DNA from: Paludibacteraceae bacterium
GTDB lineage: Bacteria > Bacteroidota > Bacteroidia > Bacteroidales > Paludibacteraceae
DNA: 64,000 nucleotides
NCBI GenBank assembly: GCA_045599545.1
Contig: JAZRWG010000015.1
Coordinates: 335 to 64,334, forward strand
Direction of reading: 5' to 3'
The notes under the pieces are model-generated. The model was given only the letters and a program-made list of their open reading frames with translations. It searched no databases and was not told the DNA's origin. A program made the position numbers and the translations under genes. Positions 1-6,511 of this stretch are shown piece by piece; position 1 is the first letter of the stretch, and each line of letters starts with the position of its first letter.

Positions 1-12
1 TAATCGTGTACA

Positions 13-225
13 TTAGCCTAAGATTTGTTTTAACATATCCTGCGCATCTTTGGCCTCGTAAACTCGCCCCGCACGAATATCTTCTTGCGAGCGGTAATAA
101 CTGCCTCGACGAACAGCAGATAATTTTTCAATCATTACGCCTAATGCCTCTAACGAACGCAAATACAACGCAACACTTTTCCCAAAAGCAGATCGTTCGT
201 TTAATGTTACAGAGTAAGTAGTCAT
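13..225 (-). CDS. small 70-aa protein, antitoxin-like
   Basis: Complete ORF. The tail SQEDIRAGRVYEAKDAQDMLKQILG resembles RelB/ParD-style antitoxin tails. Its TAA stop (13-15) overlaps an ATG at 11-13 (TAATG) that opens another minus-strand gene (MYTI...) running off the left edge, which is the usual antitoxin-toxin layout. Not verifiable without a search. Confidence 0.35.
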   Translation of the reverse strand: MTTYSVTLNERSAFGKSVALYLRSLEALGVMIEKLSAVRRGSYYRSQEDIRAGRVYEAKDAQDMLKQILG

Positions 226-306
226 AACTAATTTCGTTAATTGTTTTGTTTTTGTTTTTAAAGTTAATTTGTTCTTAAGTTTTGGTTCCTCCTGCCCATG
301 CTACAT

Positions 307-325
307 GGGGGGGGGGGGGGGGGGG
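307..325. repeat. homopolymer G19 (C19 on the strand that encodes both neighbouring genes)
   Basis: Counted directly: 19 consecutive G. It lies 76 nt after the stop of the protease gene (401) and 82 nt before the start of the 13..225 ORF. It is preceded by a small CCCATG-cta-CATGGG hairpin. Confidence 0.95.
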
Positions 326-400
326 ATACTGTCTGTTTCGTAATTAAAATTGTGTTTTTAAAGGGTTAATATTGTGGGTTAACTAAAAATGTTAAAAAAC

Positions 401-847
401 TTATTCTTTAGTAAAATCTATATCTCGCTTAGATGGTCTATCAAAAGTAAATTTAGTTTCCTTATTTGGATGAGTAAGTGCAAGGTCACACTCTCGAATA
501 ATATCCATGCCAATAATAAAATCATAATCCGTATTTTGCGAAGCCAATGCTTCCACATTTATAGCTATTTGACCATTAGGCAACCCTACATGCACTAAAT
601 ATACATCCGTTTCCGCCAAAGTAGTAGCCTCAGAAACAATCGCTTTGTCTATGGGATTTAAAGCCAAATCTTCAATCACCTTTTGCGAAATAAGGCAACA
701 TGTTGCACCCGTATCCCATAACACATTATCGGCATAAAAAACCTTCGGAGCAACCATATTCGGCTGAAGTTCTATCGCAGAGCAAATGGCACATTTAGTA
801 ATAATCGCCTCTGCATCTATTGGAAATGTCTGAGTAAATGCTTCCAT
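401..847 (-). CDS. retropepsin-like (clan AA) aspartic protease
   Basis: 148 aa. It carries LWDTGATCCLIS (D-T-G-A active-site motif) and the downstream FIIGMDII, the two signatures of single-domain retropepsin-like proteases. It starts 2 nt after the stop of the 850..1062 ORF. Confidence 0.7.
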   Translation of the reverse strand: MEAFTQTFPIDAEAIITKCAICSAIELQPNMVAPKVFYADNVLWDTGATCCLISQKVIEDLALNPIDKAIVSEATTLAETDVYLVHVGLPNGQIAINVEALASQNTDYDFIIGMDIIRECDLALTHPNKETKFTFDRPSKRDIDFTKE

Positions 848-849
848 TT

Positions 850-1062
850 TTATGCTTGTTTTAGAACGCCGTTTACAAAAGCCATGGGTGCATGTTGTGT
901 ATTATTTTGCTTGCGAACGACACGCACATACCCAGAACGAAAAGACAATCTCGGGCGCTCACCTGCCATTCTTCCAAAAATCTCACCAATAAGAGCATGT
1001 CCTTGAGCAATAAACTCATCTAAAGTCAAAAACGCTTTCTGTTTTAGTGAAGGATTATTCAT
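850..1062 (-). CDS. hypothetical 70-aa protein coupled to the protease gene
   Basis: Intact ORF with a 2-nt gap to the downstream protease gene. No recognisable motif. Confidence 0.4.
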   Translation of the reverse strand: MNNPSLKQKAFLTLDEFIAQGHALIGEIFGRMAGERPRLSFRSGYVRVVRKQNNTQHAPMAFVNGVLKQA

Positions 1063-1116
1063 AGTCTATATTTTTAAGGGTTAAACAATTGGGGTAATTT
1101 TAGACTATATGTCGTC

Positions 1117-1236
1117 TTATTTTGTTTTCTTTGAGGATTTTCTTTTTAACACATTAAAATACACATACAGGCCAAAAGCGGACAGCAGCAACATTACTGC
1201 GCAAACACTTGCCATTACATAATCGAAACTTGTCAT
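1117..1236 (-). CDS. candidate 39-aa single-helix membrane peptide (below the ORF-track size cut-off)
   Basis: ATG at 1234-1236, TAA at 1117-1119. Translation MTSFDYVMASVCAVMLLLSAFGLYVYFNVLKRKSSKKTK gives one hydrophobic helix plus a basic tail. It is the first ORF downstream of the promoter at 1300-1331. Confidence 0.25.
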   Translation of the reverse strand: MTSFDYVMASVCAVMLLLSAFGLYVYFNVLKRKSSKKTK

Positions 1237-1299
1237 ATTATTATCAATTTTATATTATTGTCGCGCGCATATATGAGTGCGTATACACGTAATCGGCTG

Positions 1300-1331
1300 C
1301 AAAGATACAACTTTTTTTTGATATGTGCAAA
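1300..1331 (-). promoter_or_regulatory. Bacteroides-type sigma-A promoter (TTTG-20 nt-TATCTTTG, read on minus strand)
   Basis: Minus-strand -7 box TATCTTTG is at 1300-1307 and the -33 TTTG at 1328-1331, with a 20-nt spacer. It points at the small-ORF/protease operon. Confidence 0.7.
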
Positions 1332-1375
1332 TAAAATTGCAACTTTTTCGAAAAAAAGCGCAATCTTTATAGGGA

Positions 1376-1463
1376 GTAGAGGCGGAGAGGCAGAGAGGCG
1401 GAGAGGCGGAAGGGCAGAAAGGCGGAGAGGCGGAAGGGCAGAAAGGCGGAGAGGCGGAGAGGG
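1376..1463. repeat. tandem octamer array, about 10 x GCRGARRG (GCGGAGAG / GCAGAGAG / GCGGAAGG / GCAGAAAG)
   Basis: Period 8 read directly. Purine-rich on the plus strand. It ends 10 nt from the stop of the 1473..2294 gene. Confidence 0.9.
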
Positions 1464-1472
1464 GTGCCCCTC

Positions 1473-2294
1473 TTATAACCGAAACTCAAACATATCATAA
1501 TTTGTATTACGGCAACTCATATCAAGCAAGCGGAAATCAATATTGTTGTACTCCATCACATTGTGAAAATGGTAATGTCCATAGCACCATGTTTTGAGAG
1601 GATGATTATTAAGTAAAATATACTCATAAATTTTATCCATCGTTGCTCGTTCTTTAATTAAATCTTCTTCTAAATTGGAGTCTATTGCAAGCCAATACTC
1701 AATTCCCTCCTTACAAATGGGCTCGCAAAAAGAAGGCGCAACATGAGAACATACTACATCTATTTTTATACCTTCGTTTGTTATTTCTTGCAACGCTCGC
1801 TCATTATAAACAGGGACCTCATCCTTCCAATAAAGATGCTGAGATTTTTCTTTCCCCTCCTCCAATGAACAAGCATGAAAACGAGCATATTGAACAGCCA
1901 AAGCCATCATTTTTGTTTGACGATTTACCCTATCAATACTAATGCCTCCGCCCACACAAAGAATAGTAAATCCTGCAACGGACAATATCGTATAATCAGG
2001 AACAGACTTTATATTCGAATAGTTTATTTTTTGTTCCGCAAAATAAGAGGGATCATCATGATTACCTCGCATAAAAACCAAAGTAAGATTGCGCTTATGG
2101 CACTCTCTATTAAGTTTCCTAAATGTTTGTTTGTAATATTCCTCACTCTCAAATCCCAGACCTACATCCCCGCAGAACACAAGAGTGGCATCCTGCAAAT
2201 CATATTGACGAAACCAACCTGTTAGTCCATCAAAGGCACCATGAATATCACCTATACAACATAGTCTTTTGCTATTTATCACAAGGTTATTCAT
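1473..2294 (-). CDS. calcineurin-like metallophosphoesterase
   Basis: 273 aa with GDIHG (res 15-19), CGDVG, RGNHDD and GHYHFH motifs. ATGA start/stop overlap with the upstream nucleotidyltransferase-like gene. Confidence 0.8.
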   Translation of the reverse strand: MNNLVINSKRLCCIGDIHGAFDGLTGWFRQYDLQDATLVFCGDVGLGFESEEYYKQTFRKLNRECHKRNLTLVFMRGNHDDPSYFAEQKINYSNIKSVPDYTILSVAGFTILCVGGGISIDRVNRQTKMMALAVQYARFHACSLEEGKEKSQHLYWKDEVPVYNERALQEITNEGIKIDVVCSHVAPSFCEPICKEGIEYWLAIDSNLEEDLIKERATMDKIYEYILLNNHPLKTWCYGHYHFHNVMEYNNIDFRLLDMSCRNTNYDMFEFRL

Positions 2295-2965
2295 AAAGCA
2301 AGTATAGACATAATTATATCTACTCTATTTTCTTCGCCATAAGGTAGTACGCATTCTATTTCTTCCCGAATATTGGCTCTACTTAACAATGACGCAAATT
2401 GTTTTTTCAAAAAATCACGCAAGATTGGTTCTTCTTCAAGACAACGTTCTTTAAATTCCGGACAATAATTTAAGACATAGATGATATCTTCAAAATCATG
2501 AGACACACGCAAATCACTGCCCCCACGCGAAAGAACTGCATCCAATTTAGTGGCAATATAATATGTCACCGGTAGTATATAAATTGTTTTCCCCGAGGGC
2601 AATTGATAAGGTTCTTTATTCTTAAATCCAGGACGATACCAGCGATTACTAAAGCCTAATATATCTTCATCGTCCGGCATAATATCCACAATAATATCTT
2701 TATACACCCACCTACAAATGGGAGCAGAAGGACGAATATCATTCGTGAAATGATGTTGACGAAGTTTTTCTTCAAAAACAGCATGTTCATGATAGGACAT
2801 CACCTCTACAACACAATCCACATCATTCGTCGGTCGTGCATCTTGCGCAGCAGAATCTGTCGCATAAAGTCCACAAACAGCACCCCCAACGAACACTACA
2901 TGTTCATTCAGATCTTTTAAGCCTTCCGCAATATTTTGTATGCGTTCAACACTCGTCTTTTCCAT
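2291..2965 (-). CDS. pol-beta-fold nucleotidyltransferase, AbiEii/DUF1814-like
   Basis: The track ORF is 2291..3001; the internal ATG at 2965 (MEKTS...) is preferred. NTase signature VFVGGAVCGLY-x12-TNDVDCVVEV (GG...DxD), and C-terminal KLDAVLSRGG...HDFEDIIYVL as in AbiEii-type toxins. Confidence 0.55.
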   Translation of the reverse strand: MEKTSVERIQNIAEGLKDLNEHVVFVGGAVCGLYATDSAAQDARPTNDVDCVVEVMSYHEHAVFEEKLRQHHFTNDIRPSAPICRWVYKDIIVDIMPDDEDILGFSNRWYRPGFKNKEPYQLPSGKTIYILPVTYYIATKLDAVLSRGGSDLRVSHDFEDIIYVLNYCPEFKERCLEEEPILRDFLKKQFASLLSRANIREEIECVLPYGEENRVDIIMSILAL

Positions 2966-3479
2966 AACTCTCAATAAATTTATGTAAAGCGGACGCAGCA
3001 ATCTCCCGTTCGCGCACTCGCCCTATACGAAGCGCATCAACAATAACTAACAATTTGTATAATTCCTCATCTTTATCCACTATTTGAGGAACATTAGGGC
3101 ACAAAGGAACTATCCCTTGTCCGCGAATCGCCCCCAAACGACTTGGCCAGACATAAGCATCCGAACCGAGAGCCAATTGTTCTTTTAACGGAGAGGCACT
3201 GATATAGGTGGGCACACCACGCATTACGCGCCCTACCTCGACAGGAAAAGCATAGCGCAAACCATACACAAGGAACTCCTCTAAAGCAAGTACATTAACC
3301 TTTTGCTTTTTACAATCCACTAATTGAGCCACACGAGAACGCGACAAACTATCGCTGATACTTGAAATACTAACAAGAAGAGATGATGCCAATTCCCTAT
3401 ATGACATAGAGGCACCGGATGATGTGATTTTCTTTAATAAAACCAGAATATCCAATGGGCGTAATTCACAGTTTTTCAT
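2946..3479 (-). CDS. winged-helix DNA-binding protein, AbiEi-like regulator/antitoxin candidate
   Basis: 177 aa. N-terminal wHTH-like segment LDILVLLKKI...MSYRELASSLLVSISSISDSLSRSRVAQLV plus an uncharacterised C-domain. It overlaps the NTase gene and is first in the three-gene operon. Confidence 0.5.
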   Translation of the reverse strand: MKNCELRPLDILVLLKKITSSGASMSYRELASSLLVSISSISDSLSRSRVAQLVDCKKQKVNVLALEEFLVYGLRYAFPVEVGRVMRGVPTYISASPLKEQLALGSDAYVWPSRLGAIRGQGIVPLCPNVPQIVDKDEELYKLLVIVDALRIGRVREREIAASALHKFIESYGKDEC

Positions 3480-3495
3480 ACAATTATATCATAGC

Positions 3496-3519
3496 GTTCG
3501 GCGTTCGCGAACAGCGAAC
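3496..3519. promoter_or_regulatory. 24-bp palindrome GTTCGgcGTTCG.CGAACagCGAAC, candidate operator
   Basis: 20 of 24 positions are self-complementary, with a perfect 10-bp core GTTCGCGAAC at 3503-3512. It lies between the -7 box (3536-3543) and the ATG (3479) of the wHTH gene. Confidence 0.5.
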
Positions 3520-3535
3520 ACCATCAATTCGGGTG

Positions 3536-3567
3536 CAAAGGTACGGCTTTTTTTTGATATGTGCAAA
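3536..3567 (-). promoter_or_regulatory. Bacteroides-type promoter (TTTG-20 nt-TACCTTTG) for the wHTH/NTase/phosphoesterase operon
   Basis: -7 box at 3536-3543, -33 at 3564-3567, 20-nt spacer. Part of a 97-nt module duplicated at 4981-5078. Confidence 0.75.
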
Positions 3568-3570
3568 TAA

Positions 3571-3603
3571 AAAAGCGAAAATGTTGGATTTTTCGCTTTT
3601 TTT
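3571..3603 (-). terminator. intrinsic terminator hairpin (AGCGAAAA / TTTTCGCT, 8-nt loop, flanked by A and T runs)
   Basis: Stem 3574-3581 / 3590-3597. On the minus strand it is followed by TTTTTTATTT. It sits between the ATPase gene with its repeat array and the next promoter. Confidence 0.65.
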
Positions 3604-3608
3604 AGGTT

Positions 3609-3686
3609 AGAGGCGGAGAGGCAGAAGGGCGGAAAGGCGGAGGGGACGGAGAGGCGGAAAGGCAGAAGGGCAGAGAGGCGGAGAGG
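3609..3686. repeat. tandem octamer array, about 10 x GCRGARRG
   Basis: Begins directly next to the TAG stop (3687-3689) of the ATPase gene. Period 8. Confidence 0.9.
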
Positions 3687-4892
3687 CTAGTATAAGAAAC
3701 CAAATGCCCACAAAGGAATCTTATGACCTATAGCGGAATCAATATCGTCGGCCGCGATATATGCTTGTTCATTCCCCTCTACTTGTTCATAGTTTTTATC
3801 AGACCCGCCTACCTCTATTGTAAATTGTCGATCTACTAAAAAATCACCCTTATGATAACCCGCGTACTCCACGCGATGCCCGGCAGATGCTATTTGATTT
3901 ATAAAGAATGTTTCGCGTGCAGTACCTATTTCGGGGGTAACCGGACTAAGAGCATAAAGCAGATTAGGATTATTTAGATATATTTTGTCAGGTTTCTGCA
4001 AATCTCCAATACTATCAATATCAGCAAACAATCTGATAAGCAAACATGCCTCTTCTAAATGCTTAAAGTATGTAAGAGTAGTGTTGCGAGCAATACTGAT
4101 ACTTCGGGACAATTTGGCAATATCTACATCATACGGAACCATTTGTGAGATTACTTGCAATAGTGCTCTCACTGCCCGTGTATTACCGACATCCAGCTTG
4201 CGATACCGCGTAAGCTCAACATCTATCACATAATTCACCATATTTTCTAATAATGCATGGTAAACCTTTTTCCCTTCAAAATAATAAGGATAATAACCTA
4301 CCGACAGATACTTATGGAAAAATTCCGCCGGATGGCATTTAGAGCGAACTAATGAACAAAATTCATTGGGAGCAGATAATAAATTCTCCAAGCGGATAGC
4401 TTCTATTTTTATACCGGCTTCCAATCGAAGGAACTCGCGGAACGACAATCCGGGAATATCATAAAATAGTAGACGACGACTCAAATCTGCCTCTCCGTCA
4501 TTGAGTTGCAGCAAGGAACTGCCGCTAAGAACAATTCGTAAATCGCGATGGCGGTCATATAGATCTTTTATTTCTGTACTCCACCCATCATATTTATGGA
4601 CTTCGTCTATAAAGAGATGTGTTCCTCCTTTCCGAGCAAACTCATCGGCAACCTCTGTAAGGGTGTGCGTGGCAAAGTAACCCGTATCAGCGGAACAATA
4701 CAACACGTGGCGGTCCTCCGGCGAATAATGTAAACGAATGTATTGTTGCATAAGCGTGGTCTTTCCTACTCCTTTTGGACCACGTAATGCAATTAAGCGA
4801 GCATCCCACTCAATAGTATTCATCATTTCCCGAATATATCCCATTGGAACGGAGGATATATAATCATCGTGTCTTACAAAAAGTTGTTCCAT
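3687..4892 (-). CDS. AAA+ ATPase with DUF4143-like C-terminal domain (AAA_14/DUF4143 architecture)
   Basis: 401 aa. Walker A GPKGVGKTT and Walker B LFIDEVH. The C-terminal half ends DFLVD...FTIEVGG...IPLWAFGFLY. It is a paralog of 6512..7711. Confidence 0.85.
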   Translation of the reverse strand: MEQLFVRHDDYISSVPMGYIREMMNTIEWDARLIALRGPKGVGKTTLMQQYIRLHYSPEDRHVLYCSADTGYFATHTLTEVADEFARKGGTHLFIDEVHKYDGWSTEIKDLYDRHRDLRIVLSGSSLLQLNDGEADLSRRLLFYDIPGLSFREFLRLEAGIKIEAIRLENLLSAPNEFCSLVRSKCHPAEFFHKYLSVGYYPYYFEGKKVYHALLENMVNYVIDVELTRYRKLDVGNTRAVRALLQVISQMVPYDVDIAKLSRSISIARNTTLTYFKHLEEACLLIRLFADIDSIGDLQKPDKIYLNNPNLLYALSPVTPEIGTARETFFINQIASAGHRVEYAGYHKGDFLVDRQFTIEVGGSDKNYEQVEGNEQAYIAADDIDSAIGHKIPLWAFGFLY

Positions 4893-4987
4893 AACGCTGT
4901 TATTTTAATAAAATAATACAATAAGTGTTGTGCCCGTTAAACATAAGTTATGCAAAAATGTTGTCTGCGCACAACAGTTTTCGGGTG

Positions 4988-5019
4988 CAAAGGTACGGCT
5001 TTTTTTTGATATGTGCAAA
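4988..5019 (-). promoter_or_regulatory. Bacteroides-type promoter (TTTG-20 nt-TACCTTTG) for the ATPase gene
   Basis: -7 box at 4988-4995, -33 at 5016-5019. Exact copy of the module at 3529-3626. Confidence 0.75.
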
Positions 5020-5020
5020 T

Positions 5021-5056
5021 AAAAAAGCGAAAATGTTGGATTTTTCGCTTTTTTTA
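5021..5056 (-). terminator. intrinsic terminator hairpin, copy of 3571-3603
   Basis: Stem 5026-5033 / 5042-5049, with a T run on the minus strand. Confidence 0.65.
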
Positions 5057-5060
5057 GGTT

Positions 5061-5190
5061 AGAGGCGGAGAGGCAGAGAGGCGGAAGGGCGGAAGGGCGG
5101 AGAGGCAGAGAGGCGGAAGGGCAGAAAGGCGGAAAGGCGGAAGGGCGGAAGGGCAGAAAGGCGGAGAGGCGGAAGGGCGGAGAGGACGGA
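5061..5190. repeat. tandem octamer array, about 16 x GCRGARRG
   Basis: 130 nt with period 8. It abuts the TGA stop (5191-5193) of the 5191..5640 gene. The 102-aa track ORF 4905..5213 is only its translation. Confidence 0.9.
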
Positions 5191-5640
5191 TCAGCGAAGG
5201 CAGTGGAAGACAAAAGTACGCAAAGTAGTAAATGGCTTACGCACCGTTTTTAAATCTTCTATAATCGCTTGAGGCTGCTTATCCACTCCCGTAGGAATAA
5301 CTTCCGGCGAAGCAAGAAATGCTTCTACCGCCGAATTATCCTGCCGTAAGGGCCGCCGCTGACGACAAGCCAATAGATGGCGATAATACAACTCCTCATA
5401 AAGCTGCCTTACCGGCTGCGCTAATAGCGCGTCCACTTTTTTCCATTGCGCCTTAAAGGCCGCCTGATGAGCTTTCTGCGCCTCGGAAGCTTGCGCCTCA
5501 TTATCTCTCAGAGGGAAATGAAGCTGCTTAACGGCAATAACTTCGCCGTTAAGCGAGTTGGTTTTGAAATATACATTATCCTGTTTACTTACCTTGCCGG
5601 AAATACTATGAACTCCCGTAATGGTTCTAATCTTTGCCAT
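5191..5640 (-). CDS. hypothetical basic protein, paralog pair member 1
   Basis: 149 aa. With the adjacent 130-aa ORF it shares SGK..K....F(K/R)T near the N-terminus, a central EAQKAH...F and a C-terminal (T/S)LR.F.FH.L. No known motif recognised. Confidence 0.5.
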   Translation of the reverse strand: MAKIRTITGVHSISGKVSKQDNVYFKTNSLNGEVIAVKQLHFPLRDNEAQASEAQKAHQAAFKAQWKKVDALLAQPVRQLYEELYYRHLLACRQRRPLRQDNSAVEAFLASPEVIPTGVDKQPQAIIEDLKTVRKPFTTLRTFVFHCLR

Positions 5641-5652
5641 GGTGGTTAGTGG

Positions 5653-6045
5653 TTAGTGGTTGGCGGATTCAAAGAGTTCGTGGAACATGAAGCCACGCAG
5701 TGAAGTGATGACCGGCTTTTTGCGCGACGAATAGCCTCGCAATTGATTGGAATCCGATGTCTTTATGAAATCCAACTCTTTCTTATGCTCCTTGCGATAT
5801 TGCAGATACCGGGCCTCCCATTGTGCGCGCTTGTGAGGATCCTGCATTTCGGTGCGAATCTGCTGTGACACCTGCCCAAAAAGGGATGTGTGCGCCTTTT
5901 GCGCTTCGTTATGAGGGCGCTCATTGGGGTGCATGATAACATAGGAGTGGGTCCTCCCGTTTCTGGTCCGGAATATCTCATTCGAGTCCTTGTTTTGTTT
6001 GCCGCTATAATCCTTATACGGCCCTATTAAATGAAATCTTGACAT
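5653..6045 (-). CDS. hypothetical basic protein, paralog pair member 2
   Basis: 130 aa with the same three conserved blocks as 5191..5640. Served by the promoter at 6086-6117. The 12-nt spacer to the next gene consists of CCACTAA heptamer copies. Confidence 0.5.
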   Translation of the reverse strand: MSRFHLIGPYKDYSGKQNKDSNEIFRTRNGRTHSYVIMHPNERPHNEAQKAHTSLFGQVSQQIRTEMQDPHKRAQWEARYLQYRKEHKKELDFIKTSDSNQLRGYSSRKKPVITSLRGFMFHELFESANH

Positions 6046-6085
6046 ATAGTATTACATTACCTTTTCTATTTTTTCTTTCCGCTTG

Positions 6086-6117
6086 CAAAGGTACAAAAAA
6101 TAATTGATATATGCAAA
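6086..6117 (-). promoter_or_regulatory. Bacteroides-type promoter (TTTG-20 nt-TACCTTTG)
   Basis: -7 box at 6086-6093, -33 at 6114-6117. 40 nt upstream of the ATG at 6045. Confidence 0.7.
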
Positions 6118-6232
6118 TTTTTTTAGTATTTTTTTTGTAAAAAGTGAGTGTTTTGCGAATAAGTACATAGTCTATACCACATTTTCATTGTATATTCATT
6201 GACTATGCTTTTTATATTCATAGGATATAGAT

Positions 6233-6300
6233 ATGTTCTATGTATGTTCTATGTATGTTCTATGTATGTTCTATGTATGTTCTATGTATGTTCTATGTAT
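6233..6300. repeat. tandem 11-mer, about 6.2 x ATGTTCTATGT
   Basis: Perfect copies read directly. Located between the divergent promoters at 6086-6117 and 6396-6427. Confidence 0.95.
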
Positions 6301-6313
6301 CGTCTGTTACATG

Positions 6314-6344
6314 AAAGGCGGAAAGGCGGAGAGGCGGAGAGGCG
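6314..6344. repeat. short octamer array, about 4 x GCGGARAG
   Basis: gaaaggcggaaaggcggagaggcggagaggc. Same family as the arrays at 1376, 3609 and 5061. Confidence 0.85.
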
Positions 6345-6395
6345 CGCATAAAATGTGCGCAAAAAGGACATAACATTAGAAAAAAGCAAATAAAA

Positions 6396-6427
6396 TTTGC
6401 ATATATCAAAAAAAAGCCGTACCTTTG
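6396..6427 (+). promoter_or_regulatory. Bacteroides-type promoter (TTTG-20 nt-TACCTTTG)
   Basis: -33 at 6396-6399, -7 at 6420-6427. It drives 6512..7711. The 5' UTR carries two copies of TGCTTT-(t/a)tgaat-AAAGCA (6430-6447 and 6463-6480). Confidence 0.75.
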
Positions 6428-6511
6428 CATGCTTTTTGAATAAAGCAGTTGTTGTTTATTTTTGCTTTATGAATAAAGCATATGGTGTAATTGTATAAAA
6501 AACAGTGAATT

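Noticed and set aside
307-325. Treating the G19 tract as a definite phase-variation switch.
   Set aside because: It is not within a coding frame or between recognisable promoter boxes, and long homopolymers are also common assembly artefacts. It is kept only as a moderate-interest finding.
1258-1500. 80-aa plus-strand ORF (…GGEAERRRGGRAERRRGG…).
   Set aside because: It is only the translation of the octamer array, with an 8-aa period equal to 3 x 8 nt. It has no start context and lies antisense to the local transcription direction.
3529-5078. Possibility that the duplicated 97-nt module is a MITE or IS remnant.
   Set aside because: I could see no terminal inverted repeats, target-site duplications or transposase. 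Its parts are fully explained as a promoter, a terminator hairpin and the start of an array. Mobility is left as an open question in the findings.
1376-5190. Possibility that the tandem arrays are CRISPR arrays.
   Set aside because: The units are 8 nt and directly abutting, with no unique spacers. There is no leader and there are no cas genes. They are microsatellite-type repeats.
4905-5213. 102-aa minus-strand ORF (…PPFRLSAFLPFRPSAFPPFCPSAS…).
   Set aside because: Same artefact: the stop-free octamer array is read through, and the ORF spans the terminator hairpin and promoter of the neighbouring gene.
5763-5981. 72-aa same-strand ORF nested in the 5653..6045 gene.
   Set aside because: It is an alternative frame of a better-supported ORF that has a paralog next door. 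It has no independent signal.
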